Shown: positions 26,101 through 38,913 of the stretch, piece by piece | Layout: every line of letters begins with the position of its first letter | Position numbering within the stretch: the stretch's first letter is position 1 | Assembly: GCA_032718475.1 (NCBI GenBank) | Contig: JAUCBJ010003593.1 | Location: 1 to 64,000 of the forward strand | Direction of reading: 5' to 3' | DNA length: 64,000 bases | From: Nemertoderma westbladi | Taxonomy: Eukaryota; Animalia; Xenacoelomorpha | Made by a program: the position numbers and the translations under genes | Notes under the pieces: generated by a model | The model's database searches: none | Seen by the model: only the letters and a program-made list of their open reading frames with translations | Told to the model about the DNA's origin: nothing

Positions 26101-29100
26101 GGTGGAGATGGTGTTCCTGGTGGGGATGGTGTTCCTGGTGGAGATGGTGTTCCTGGTGGGGATGGTGTACCTGGTGGGGATGGTGTTCCTGGTGGGGATG
26201 GTGTTCCTGGTGGGGATGGTGTTCCTGGTGGAGATGGTGTTCCTGGTGGAGATGGTGTTCCTGGTGGGGATGGTGTACCTGGTGGAGATGGTGTTCCTGG
26301 TGGGGATGGTGTTCCCGGTGGAGATGGTGTTCCTGGTGGGGATGGTGTTCCTGGTGGAGATGGTGTTCCTGGTGGGGATGGTGTTCCCGGTGGAGATGGT
26401 GTTCCTGGTGGGGATGGTGTTCCTGGTGGAGATGGTGTTCCTGGTGGGGATGGTGTACCTGGTGGAGATGGTGTACCTGGTGGAGATGGTGTTCCTGGTG
26501 GGGATGGTGTACCTGGTGGAGATGGTGTTCCTGGTGGGGATGGTGTACCTGGTGGGGATGGTGTTCCTGGTGGGGATGGTGTTCCTGGTGGAGATGGTGT
26601 TCCTGGTGGAGATGGTGTTCCTGGTGGTGATGGTGTACCTGGTGGGGATGGTGTTCCTGGTGGGGATGGTGTACCTGGTGGGCTAGGTGTTCCTGGTGGA
26701 GATGGTGTTCCTGGTGGGGATGGTGTTCCTGGTGGAGATGGTGTTCCTGGTGGGGATGGTGTACCTGGTGGAGATGGTGTTCCTGGTGGGGATGGTGTTC
26801 CTGGTGGAGATGGTGTTCCTGGTGGAGATGGTGTTCCTGGTGGGGATGGGGTTCCTGGTGGAGATGGTGTTCCTGGTGGGGATGGTGTTCCTGGTGGAGA
26901 TGGTGTTCCTGGTGGAGATGGTGTTCCTGGTGGGGATGGTGTTCCTGGTGGAGATGGTGTTCCTGGTGGGGATGGTGTACCTGGTAGAGATGGTGTTCCT
27001 GGTGGGGATGGTGTCCCTGGTGGAGATGGTGTTCCTGGTGGGGATGGTGTTCCTGGTGGAGATGGTGTTCCTGGTGGGGATGGTGTTCCTGGTGGAGATG
27101 GTGTTCCTGGTGGGGATGGTGTACCTGGTGGGGATGGTGTTCCTGGTGGAGATGGTGTTCCTGGGGGAGATGGTGTTCCTGGTGGGGACGGTGCTCCTGG
27201 TGGTGATGGTGTTCCTGGTGGAGATGGTGTTCCTGGTGGGGATGGTGTTCCTGGTGGGGATGGTGTTCCTGGTGGGGATGGTGTACCTGGTGGGGATGGT
27301 GTTCCTGGTGGGGATGGTGTACCTGGTGGAGATGGTGTTCCTGGTGGGGATGGTGTACCTGGTGGAGATGGTGTTCCTGGTGGGGATGGTGTACCTGGTG
27401 GAGATGGTGTACCTGGTGGGGATGGTGTTCCTGGTGGAGATGGTGTTCCTGGTGGGGATGGTGTTCCTGGTGGGGATGGTGTTCCTGGTGGAGATGGTGT
27501 TCCTGGTGGGGATGGTGTTCCTGGTGGAGATGGTGTTCCTGGTGGGGATGGTGTTCCTGGTGGAGATGGTGTTCCTGGTGGGGATGGTGTACCTGGTGGG
27601 GATGGTGTTCCTGGTGGGGATGGTGTACCTGGTGGAGATGGTGTTCCTGGTGGGGATGGTGTACCTGGTGGAGATGGTGTTCCTGGTGGGGATGGTGTTC
27701 CTGGTGGAGATGTTGTTCCTGGTGGAGATGGTGTTCCTGGTGGTGATGGTGTACCTGGTGGGGATGGTGTTCCTGGTGGTGATGGTGTACCTGGTGGTGA
27801 TGGTGTACCTGGTGGGGATGGTGTTCCTGGTGGGGATGGTGTACCTGGTGGGGATGGTGTTCCTGGTGGAGATGGTGTTCCTGGTGGGGATGGTGTTCCT
27901 GGTGGAGATGGTGTTCCTGGTGGGGATGGTGTTCCTGGTGGAGATGGTGTTCCTGGTGGGGATGGTGTACCTGGTGGAGATGGTGTTCCTGGTGGGGACG
28001 GTGTTCCTGGTGGGGATGGTGTTCCTGGTGGGGATGGTGTTCCTGGTGGAGATGGTGTTCCTGGTGGGGATGGTGTACCTGGTGGAGATGGTGTTCCTGG
28101 TGGGGATGGTGTTCCTGGTGGGGATGGTGTTCCTGGTGGGGATGGTGTACCTGGTGGAGATGGTGTTCCTGGTGGGGATGGTGTTCCTGGTGGAGATGGT
28201 GTTCCTGGTGGGGATGGTGTACCTGGTGGGGATGGTGTACCTGGTGGGGATGGTGTTCCTGGTGGGGATGGTGTTCCCGGTGGAGATGGTGTTCCTGGTG
28301 GAGATGGTGTTCCTGGTGGAGATGGTGTTCCTGGTGGTGATGGTGTACCTGGTGGGGATGGTGTTCCTGGTGGGGATGGTGTACCTGGTGGGCTAGGTGT
28401 TCCTGGTGGAGATGGTGTTCCTGGTGGGGATGGTGTTCCTGGTGGAGATGGTGTTCCTGGTGGGGATGGTGTACCTGGTGGAGATGGTGTTCCTGGTGGG
28501 GATGGTGTTCCTGGTGGAGATGGTGTTCCTGGTGGAGATGGTGTTCCTGGTGGGGATGGGGTTCCTGGTGGAGATGGTGTTCCTGGTGGGGATGGTGTTC
28601 CTGGTGGAGATGGTGTTCCTGGTGGAGATGGTGTTCCTGGTGGGGATGGTGTTCCTGGTGGAGATGGTGTTCCTGGTGTTCCTGGTGGTGATGGTGTACC
28701 TGGTGGGGATGGTGTTCCTGGTGGTGATGGTGTACCTGGTGGTGATGGTGTACCTGGTGGTGATGGTGTACCTGGTGGGGATGGTGTTCCTGGTGGGGAT
28801 GGTGTACCTGGTGGGGATGGGGTTCCTGGTGGAGATGGTGTTCCTGGTGGGGATGGTGTTCCTGGTGGAGATGGTGTTCCTGGTGGAGATGGTGTTCCTG
28901 GTGGGGATGGTGTACCTGGTGGGGATGGGGTTCCTGGTGGAGATGGTGTTCCTGGTGGGGATGGTGTTCCTGGTGGAGATGGTGTTCCTGGTGGGGATGG
29001 TGTTCCTGGTGGAGATGGTGTTCCTGGTGTTCCTGGTGGGGATGGTGTTCCTGGTGGTGATGGTGTACCTGGTGGTGATGGTGTACCTGGTGGGGATGGT

Positions 29101-32100
29101 GTTCCTGGTGGGGATGGTGTTCCTGGTGGAGATGGTGTTCCTGGTGGGGATGGTGTTCCTGGTGGAGATGGTGTTCCTGGTGTTCCTGGTGGTGATGGTG
29201 TACCTGGTGGTGATGGTGTACCTGGTGGGGATGGTGTTCCTGGTGGGGATGGTGTTCCTGGTGGAGATGGTGTTCCTGGTGGGGATGGTGTTCCTGGTGG
29301 TGATGGTGTACCTGGTGGGGATGGTGTTCCTGGTGGGGATGGTGTACCTGGTGGGGATGGTGTTCCTGGTGGAGATGGTGTTCCTGGTGGGGATGGTGTT
29401 CCTGGTGGAGATGGTGTTCCTGGTGGGGATGGTGTTCCTGGTGGAGATGGTGTTCCTGGTGGGGATGGTGTACCTGGTGGAGATGGTGTTCCTGGTGGGG
29501 ACGGTGTTCCTGGTGGGGATGGTGTTCCTGGTGGGGATGGTGTTCCTGGTGGAGATGGTGTTCCTGGTGGGGATGGTGTTCCTGGTGGAGATGGTGTTCC
29601 TGGTGGGGATGGTGTTCCTGGTGGGGATGGTGTTCCTGGTGGGGATGGTGTACCTGGTGGAGATGGTGTTCCTGGTGGGGATGGTGTTCCTGGTGGAGAT
29701 GGTGTTCCTGGTGGGGATGGTGTACCTGGTGGAGATGGTGTTCCTGGTGGGGATGGTGTTCCTGGTGGGGATGGTGTTCCTGGTGGAGATGGTGTTCCTG
29801 GTGGAGATGGTGTTCCTGGTGGAGATGGTGTTCCTGGTGGGGATGGTGTTCCTGGTGGAGATGGTGTTCCTGGTGGAGATGGTGTTCCTGGTGGAGATGG
29901 TGTTCCTGGTGGGGATGGTGTTCCTGGTGGAGATGGTGTTCCTGGTGGGGATGGTGTTCCTGGTGGAGATGGTGTTCCTGGTGGGGATGGTGTTCCTGGT
30001 GGAGATGGTGTTCCTGGTGGAGATGGTGTTCCTGGTGGAGATGGTGTTCCTGGTGGGGATGGTGTACCTGGTGGAGATGGTGTTCCTGGTGGGGATGGTG
30101 TTCCTGGTGGGGATGGTGTTCCTGGTGGGGATGGTGTACCTGGTGGAGATGGTGTTCCTGGTGGGGATGGTGTTCCTGGTGGAGATGGTGTTCCTGGTGG
30201 GGATGGTGTTCCTGGTGGAGATGGTGTTCCTGGTGGAGATGGTGTTCCTGGTGGAGATGGTGTTCCTGGTGGGGATGGTGTTCCTGGTGGAGATGGTGTT
30301 CCTGGTGGGGATGGTGTTCCTGGTGGGGATGGTGTTCCTGGTGGGGATGGTGTTCCTGGTGGAGATGGTGTTCCTGGTGGGGATGGTGTTCCTGGTGGAG
30401 ATGGTGTTCCTGGTGGAGATGGTGTTCCTGGTGGGGATGGTGTTCCTGGTGGAGATGGTGTTCCTGGTGGGGATGGTGTTCCTGGTGGAGATGGTGTTCC
30501 TGGTGGGGATGGTGTTCCTGGTGGGGATGGTGTTCCTGGTGGAGATGGTGTTCCTGGTGGGGATGGTGTTCCTGGTGGGGATGGTGTTCCTGGTGGGATG
30601 GTGTTCCTGGTGGGGATGGTGTTCCTGGTGGGGATGGTGTTCCTGGTGGGGATGGTGTTCCTGGTGGGGATGGTGTTCCTGGTGGAGATGGTGTTCCTGG
30701 TGGGGATGGTGTTCCTGGTGGAGATGGTGTTCCTGGTGGGGATGGTGTTCCTGGTGGAGATGGTGTTCCTGGTGGGGATGGTGTTCCTGGTGGGGATGGT
30801 GTTCCTGGTGGAGATGGTGTTCCTGGTGGGGATGGTGTTCCTGGTGGAGATGGTGTTCCTGGTGGGGATGGTGTTCCTGGTGGGGATGGTGTTCCTGGTG
30901 GGGATGGTGTTCCTGGTGGGGATGGTGTTCCTGGTGGAGATGGTGTTCCTGGTGGAGATGGTGTTCCTGGTGGAGATGGTGTTCCTGGTGGGGATGGTGT
31001 TCCTGGTGGGGATGGTGTTCCTGGTGGGGATGGTGTTCCTGGTGGGGATGGTGTTCCTGGTGGGGATGGTGTACCTGGTGGAGATGGTGTTCCTGGTGGG
31101 GATGGTGTTCCTGGTGGGGATGGTGTTCCTGGTGGAGATGGTGTTCCTGGTGGGGATGGTGTTCCTGGTGGAGATGGTGTTCCTGGTGGGGATGGTGTTC
31201 CTGGTGGAGATGGTGTTCCTGGTGGGGATGGTGTTCCTGGTGGAGATGGTGTTCCTGGTGGAGATGGTGTTCCTGGTGGAGATGGTGTTCCTGGTGGGGA
31301 TGGTGTTCCTGGTGGGGATGGTGTTCCTGGTGGAGATGGTGTACCTGGTGGGGATGGTGTTCCTGGTGGGGATGGTGTTCCTGGTGGAGATGGTGTTCCT
31401 GGTGGAGATGGTGTTCCTGGTGGGGATGGTGTTCCTGGTGGAGATGGTGTTCCTGGTGGGGATGGTGTACCTGGTGGAGATGGTGTTCCTGGTGGGGATG
31501 GTGTTCCTGGTGGAGATGGTGTTCCTGGTGGGGATGGTGTACCTGGTGGGGATGGTGTACCTGGTGGTGATGGTGTTCCTGGTGGGGATGGTGTTCCTGG
31601 TGGAGATGGTGTTCCTGGTGGGGATGGGGTTCCTGGTGGAGATGGTGTACCTGGTGGAGATGGTGTTCCTGGTGGGGACGGTGTACCTGGTGGAGATGGT
31701 GTTCCTGGTGGGGATGGTGTTCCTGGTGGGGATGGTGTTCCTGGTGGGGATGGTGTTCCTGGTGGGGATGGTGTTCCTGGTGGGGATGGTGTTCCCGGTG
31801 GAGATGGTGTTCCTGGTGGGGATGGTGTACCTGGTGGAGATGGTGTTCCTGGTGGGGATGGTGTACCTGGTGGAGATGGTGTTCCTGGTGGGGATGGTGT
31901 TCCTGGTGGAGATGGTGTTCCTGGTGGAGATGGTGTTCCTGGTGGGGATGGTGTTCCTGGTGGGGATGGTGTACCTGGTGGGGATGGTGTTCCTGGTGGG
32001 GATGGTGTTCCTGGTGGGGATGGGGTTCCTGGTGGGGATGGTGTTCCTGGTGGGGATGGTGTTCCTGGTGGAGATGGTGTTCCTGGTGGGGATGGTGTTC

Positions 32101-35100
32101 CTGGTGGAGATGGTGTACCTGGTGGAGATGGAGTTCCTGGTGGGGATGGTGTACCTGGTGGAGATGGTGTTCCTGGTGGGGATGGTGTTCCTGGTGGGGA
32201 TGGTGTTCCTGGTGGGGATGGTGTACCTGGTGGTGATGGTGTTCCTGGTGGGGATGGTGTTCCTGGTGGGGATGGTGTTCCTGGTGGAGATGGTGTTCCT
32301 GGTGGGGATGGTGTTCCTGGTGGAGATGGTGTTCCTGGTGGGGATGGTGTACCTGGTGGAGATGGTGTTCCTGGTGGAGATGGTGTTCCTGGTGGAGATG
32401 GTGTTCCTGGTGGAGATGGTGTTCCTGGTGGAGATGGTGTTCCTGGTGGAGATGGTGTTCCTGGTGGGGATGGTGTTCCTGGTGGGGATGGTGTTCCTGG
32501 TGGAGATGGTGTTCCTGGTGGGGATGGTGTTCCTGGTGGAGATGGTGTTCCTGGTGGGGATGGTGTTCCTGGTGGGGATGGTGTACCTGGTGGTGATGGT
32601 GTTCCTGGTGGGGATGGTGTTCCTGGTGGAGATGGTGTTCCTGGTGGGGATGGGGTTCCTGGTGGAGATGGTGTTCCTGGTGGGGATGGTGTTCCTGGTG
32701 GAGATGGTGTTCCTGGTGGAGATGGTGTTCCTGGTGGAGATGGTGTTCCTGGTGGAGATGGTGTTCCTGGTGGAGATGGTGTTCCTGGTGGGGATGGTGT
32801 TCCTGGTGGGGATGGTGTACCTGGTGGTGATGGTGTTCCTGGTGGGGATGGTGTTCCTGGTGGAGATGGTGTTCCTGGTGGGGATGGTGTTCCTGGTGGG
32901 GATGGTGTACCTGGTGGTGATGGTGTTCCTGGTGGGGATGGTGTTCCTGGTGGAGATGGTGTTCCTGGTGGGGATGGGGTTCCTGGTGGAGATGGTGTTC
33001 CTGGTGGGGATGGTGTTCCTGGTGGAGATGGTGTTCCTGGTGGGGATGGTGTTCCTGGTGGGGATGGTGTACCTGGTGGTGATGGTGTTCCTGGTGGAGA
33101 TGGTGTTCCTGGTGGGGATGGGGTTCCTGGTGGAGATGGTGTTCCTGGTGGGGATGGTGTTCCTGGTGGAGATGGTGTTCCTGGTGGAGATGGTGTTCCT
33201 GGTGGAGATGGTGTTCCTGGTGGAGATGGTGTTCCTGGTGGGGATGGTGTTCCTGGTGGGGATGGTGTACCTGGTGGTGATGGTGTTCCTGGTGGGGATG
33301 GTGTTCCTGGTGGGGATGGTGTACCTGGTGGAGATGGTGTTCCTGGTGGGGATGGTGTACCTGGTGGAGATGGTGTTCCTGGTGGGGATGGTGTACCTGG
33401 TGGAGATGGTGTTCCTGGTGGGGATGGTGTTCCTGGTGGGGATGGTGTTCCTGGTGGGGATGGTGTTCCTGGTGGAGATGGTGTTCCTGGTGGAGATGGT
33501 GTTCCTGGTGGAGATGGTGTTCCTGGTGGGGATGGTGTTCCTGGTGGGGATGGTGTACCTGGTGGGCTAGGTGTTCCTGGTGGAGATGGTGTTCCTGGTG
33601 GGGATGGTGTTCCTGGTGGAGATGGTGTTCCTGGTGGGGATGGTGTTCCTGGTGGAGATGGTGTCCCTGGTGGGGATGGTGTTCCTGGTGGGGATGGTGT
33701 TCCTGGTGGGGATGGTGTACCTGGTGGAGATGGTGTTCCTGGTGGGGATGGTGTTCCTGGTGGGGATGGTGTTCCTGGTGGGGATGGTGTACCTGGTGGA
33801 GATGGTGTTCCTGGTGGGGATGGTGTTCCTGGTGGGGATGGTGTTCCTGGTGGGGATGGTGTACCTGGTGGAGATGGTGTTCCTGGTGGGGATGGTGTAC
33901 CTGGTGGAGATGGTGTTCCTGGTGGGGATGGTGTACCTGGTGGAGATGGTGTTCCTGGTGGGGATGGTGTACCTGGTGGAGATGGTGTTCCTGGTGGGGA
34001 TGGTGTACCTGGTGGAGATGGTGTTCCTGGTGGGGACGGTGTTCCTGGTGGGGATGGTGTTCCTGGTGGGGATGGTGTTCCTGGTGGGGATGGTGTTCCT
34101 GGTGGGGATGGTGTTCCTGGTGGAGATGGTGTTCCTGGTGGAGATGGTGTTCCTGGTGGAGATGGTGTTCCTGGTGGGGATGGTGTTCCTGGTGGGGATG
34201 GTGTACCTGGTGGGCTAGGTGTTCCTGGTGGAGATGGTGTTCCTGGTGGGGATGGTGTTCCTGGTGGAGATGGTGTTCCTGGTGGGGATGGTGTTCCTGG
34301 TGGAGATGGTGTTCCTGGTGGGGACGGTGTTCCTGGTGGGGATGGTGTTCCTGGTGGGGATGGTGTTCCTGGTGGGGATGGTGTTCCTGGTGGGGATGGT
34401 GTTCCTGGTGGAGATGGTGTTCCTGGTGGAGATGGTGTTCCTGGGGGAGATGGTGTTCCTGGTGGGGATGGTGTTCCTGGTGGAGATGGTGTTCCTGGTG
34501 GGGACGGTGTTCCTGGTGGGGATGGTGTTCCTGGTGGGGATGGTGTTCCTGGTGGGGATGGTGTTCCTGGTGGGGATGGTGTTCCTGGTGGAGATGGTGT
34601 TCCTGGTGGAGATGGTGTTCCTGGTGGGGATGGTGTTCCTGGTGGGGATGGTGTTCCTGGTGGGGATGGTGTTCCTGGTGGAGATGGTGTACCTGGTGGA
34701 GATGGTGTTCCTGGTGGGGACGGTGTTCCTGGTGGGGATGGTGTTCCTGGTGGGGATGGTGTTCCTGGTGGGGATGGTGTTCCTGGTGGGGATGGTGTTC
34801 CTGGTGGAGATGGTGTTCCTGGTGGAGATGGTGTTCCTGGTGGAGATGGTGTTCCTGGTGGGGATGGGATTCCTGGTGGAGATGGTGTTCCTGGTGGGGA
34901 TGGTGTTCCTGGTGGAGATGGTGTTCCTGGTGGGGATGGTGTTCCTGGTGGAGATGGTGTTCCTGGTGGGGATGGTGTTCCTGGTGGAGATGGTGTTCCT
35001 GGTGGAGATGGTGTTCCTGGTGGAGATGGTGTTCCTGGTGGGGATGGTGTTCCTGGTGGGGATGGTGTTCCTGGTGGAGATGGTGTTCCTGGTGGGGATG

Positions 35101-35937
35101 GTGTTCCTGGTGGGGATGGTGTTCCTGGTGGGGATGGTGTTCCTGGTGGAGATGGTGTTCCTGGTGGGGATGGTGTTCCTGGTGGGGATGGTGTACCTGG
35201 TGGAGATGGTGTTCCTGGTGGTGATGGTGTCCCTGGTGGAGATGGTGTTCCTGGTGGGGATGGTGTTCCTGGTGGAGATGGTGTTCCTGGTGGAGATGGT
35301 GTTCCTGGTGGAGATGGTGTTCCTGGTGGTGATGGTGTTCCTGGTGGAGATGGTGTTCCTGGTGGAGATGGTGTTCCTGGGGGAGATGGTGTTCCTGGTG
35401 GAGATGGTGTTCCTGGTGGAGATGGTGTTCCTGGTGGAGATGGTGTTTCTGGTGGGGATGGTGTCCCTGGTGGAGATGGTGTTCCTGGTGGGGATGGTGT
35501 TCCTGGTGGGGATGGTGTCCCTGGTGGAGATGGTGTTCCTGGTGGGGATGGTGTTCCTGGTGGAGATGGTGTTCCTGGTGGAGATGGTGTTCCTGGGGGA
35601 GATGGTGTTCCTGGTGGAGATGGTGTTCCTGGTGGGGATGGTGTTCCTGGTGGAGATGGTGTTCCTGGTGGGGACGGTGTTCCTGGTGGAGATGGTGTTC
35701 CTGGTGGGGATGGTGTACCTGGTGGAGATGGTGTTCCTGGTGGGGATGGTGTTCCTGGTGGGGATGGTGTTCCTGGTGGGGATGGTGTTCCTGGTGGGGA
35801 TGGTGTTCCCGGTGGAGATGGTGTTCCTGGTGGGGATGGTGTACCTGGTGGAGATGGTGTTCCTGGTGGGGATGGTGTACCTGGTGGAGATGGTGTTCCT
35901 GGTGGGGATGGTGTACCTGGTGGAGATGGTGTTCCTG
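17166..35937 (-). repeat. Coding tandem array, 18-bp unit, ~1,040 copies
   Basis: Minus-strand unit GGA ACA CCA TCY CCA CCA (GTPSPP); about 18,770 bp divided by 18. Confidence 0.98.
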
Positions 35938-36006
35938 TAGGACCTACTGTAGGTGCTCCTGTAGGTCCTGTTGTAGGTCCTGGTGTAGCTCCTGGTCCTT
36001 GTGTAG
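17177..36006 (-). CDS. Giant ~18.8 kb exon: mucin-like PTS domain (GTPSPP)n; carries single-base indels as assembled
   Basis: tgtag| (S)[23 protein letters not shown](GTPSPP)n. Last possible donor is CCAG|GTACAC at 17177 (phase 1, matching the TIL exon). Recurrent variants are synonymous. Nine 1-bp indels give a net -1 frame. Confidence 0.75.
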
Positions 36007-36269
36007 CTACAATAAAAATGATCAAGATGTAGATATTGACAAAAATGTGGTGCTATTACCAAACATGTTACCCCCATGTTTTGACTAATTATTGCAATAT
36101 CCTGCATTTTTAATAGTAAAATACAAAAGCAATCTGGACATAATATTACAATAATAAGAGTAATGGGACATTTTATATAACCTAAATAAGTTTGTGTGGG
36201 GGTGGCGAGCAAGAAGGGCCTGCAGATGATAATGTTACTCTAAAAAAATAAATTAAGAAGACAACAATA

Positions 36270-37732
36270 CTAATTTGATAAAATGTGATAAAAAAAAAGG
36301 GAAAGGAATAATAGAAAGCATCTCTCGTCTAGGTTTCTGTTAGAGGGGAAGGTGCCGAGGACTGCGGTGGCATTTCCTCTTACCATCGCCATGGATAGGC
36401 GTTGGTGGAGGAAAGCTGTGGACCGGGGTTCATCAGTGGTATGTGCGATCCTCCTCCCTATCTCACGAATGGTGCTGGTTGCTTCAGCACCAATGGGTCC
36501 GAGGGTCTCTGTAGCTATAGTCACAAAGTGGTAGTCATGGCACAGGTCAGCGTATTTGTGTGACTTTAAACGCTCTGCTGCGGTTGCTGCTGCTCCGGCT
36601 GTCTTCTGGGACGTCGTGGGGAGGTAGGATGTCGCTAGGGTATCTCTACATGTATAGTCCCAAACAAGCATGCTGCCTTTTGACCATGGTGACAGAGTCA
36701 TTCCATCAGGTTTTTTCCCATCTCTCGTCATGCCTCTTGGTTCTAGGGTGGATGGTATACCAGCTGAGTTAAGGGCGCGGTGGATGATGTCGTTCGCTTC
36801 AGCGTGGCGGGTGTATTTGCCATAGTTGTGGATGCAGCTTAGTCCGTGTACACCTGAGGTGTTTACTTGAGTACCGCAGCTCCTACATTAATGCTCAGTG
36901 CAGATTGTTCAATGCTCAGAGCTACGCCAATTCGTCATCCTCGAGGCGGAGTCCCAGTGAAGATATTGGAAGGGCGTTTAGCCAGTCCCCAGCGTGATCT
37001 GCCCTGGCGGCTAACAGACGTGCCTTGCTGAGGGGGGTGCTAGCGGCTGCTAGTAGTTCTTCAAACCGGATAACGCTCATGGGGTGGTCCCATGCTTTCT
37101 GTATAGAAGGGTTGGGTGGTGGACTTGTTCCTGGGGGGAGATGTATCCTAGCCTGGGTTATTGCTGGATCTGTATTAACTTCAACATGAAGAGGGAGGAG
37201 TGCTTGGAGTAGGGGAGTGCATCCGAAGACTGATGCCAAAAAGGCAGGTACTGAAACGTCCCGCGTACTCCTAATGCCCAAACCCCCGAGTAATACTGGG
37301 AGGGAGGCTTGTTTCCATGCAGTGTTGTCTAGTTTAGAGTTGGTCGCCACCTCGAGGGCTTGACGGATTGTGGTTTCGAGTTGTCGGAGGGTTGGTGAGA
37401 TGAAGCATGGCGAGCACCTGAGAATATGCATCAGTTTGGGGATTGCGAAGCAGTGTCTAAGTAAGAAAAGGGCATCGTGGGAGGAGAGTAGGTGCAGTCG
37501 TTGTGTGAATCGCGTGAGGTCAGTTATCTTCTCCTGGAGAGTGGTTTCAAGTGCTGATTCTCCTAGGGGTGCCCCCAGTAGGGTCAAATTGTCAAACTCC
37601 ACTGGTTTAATGCCTGGCGTTATCTTGTCAAAGATTGCGGTGGTTGTTGTCTTAAGGTCCTCTGGGAAGCTGGGAGCGAAAATCAGTTCACACTTAGTTG
37701 GCTTGATTGTGAGCCCTAGCTTGGCTGCCTGA
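36270..37732 (-). mobile_element. 5'-truncated CRE-clade (RT + restriction-like endonuclease) non-LTR retrotransposon, decayed
   Basis: LLGAPLG...HDALFLLRHCFAIPKLMHILRCSP...QASLPVLLGGLG...AGDWLNALP; RH...LEP...DGKKPDGMTLSPWSKGSMLVWDYTCRDT. Related to, but clearly diverged from, 53098-57425. Confidence 0.85.
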
Positions 37733-38913
37733 TCATATGGTTTTGTTCTAAATTATATAATTAACATAAGGTGTAATTGAGAATTTTAACTTGAGATTTA
37801 TAGTGAAGAGATGTTTAAGATCTCAAACTGCACTACATAATACGTAAGTTACATTAATTGTATAAACATTTGCGTTAAATTGAAGCTATTCGTATCATTT
37901 ATGTGAGCATGTAAATATTGTATACTATTATTTTCTAGTATTTTGGTGACAGTTATCAATATAGTGATAAAGATAGTAATATAGAGATAGCAATACAGTC
38001 AATATAGTTAATTAAATTGTTTTCAACCTAATAAATTTATCATTCCCCCCCCCCCCCCCCCCCCCATTTTATACATAATTTGTGATCAAAGAGATAAGAT
38101 CACTAAAGGCCACTCCAACTAGTTGATTGGCACTTACACCGACATCAATGGATGGCTATGCTTCATGCAGTAGGAGTAGTCCCTCTCTAGACTAAACCCA
38201 ACCCAACCCAGCCAAGCCAACCAACAACTCTTCCTTCCCTCTTTGCAATGTGGTGGTAGCCCGCCAAGTTGGTGATTGACAACTTAAATTAAGATGCTGC
38301 TACGTCAGAAAGCGGCACACATCAATAGAATTACAGGAAAACAATTAATATGTGCCTGGATTGAAAATTATATAAGATATTTATTATTAAAAAGTACCTT
38401 TCCGGTTTAAATTTTATTGCGGTTTTAATGAACTATTACTTATTTCGTTCTTGTTAGGAGAACCATGTGAATGACGACCACCTAAATTTGTACAAAATTT
38501 GGGATAATAATTTGACAAATTAATAATCGTATTTTTTGCATTTTTGCTGCTCTACTATAATATAGACATATTGAACATGTAATTATTAATTACACTTCTC
38601 ATGCATTTTTGAACGAATTTACAAGAATGCGAGCTGGGGTCCAAGTCTCCCACCCTAGGTGTCAAGTCTTCCCCCATTGAGGGAGACTTGACGCTTTTTC
38701 GAAAATATGAATTATTGGATTTAATTAAAAAATTTTAAGTGTTGAATTTCCCAAAGTTTCACATAATAATAGCAATCGTAAATGTAATGTGAAAAAGTTA
38801 AATTGGAAAAATAATTTATCTATTCTTTAGAACGATTATAACTTTTGGGGTTCAAGTCTCCCTCACTCACCCCCTACTAACTGCAGTATTGTGAAAGTTG
38901 AATTCTAATAACT

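Noticed and set aside
17164-35940. Plus-strand frame reads as perfect collagen-like Gly-X-Y, (GVP-GGD)n, starting at an ATG at 17164
   Set aside because: Antisense shadow of Pro codons at every third position. The recurrent AGC and CCC variants are synonymous only on the minus strand (D to L or E on plus). There is no signal peptide, no collagen terminal domain and no plus-strand exons.
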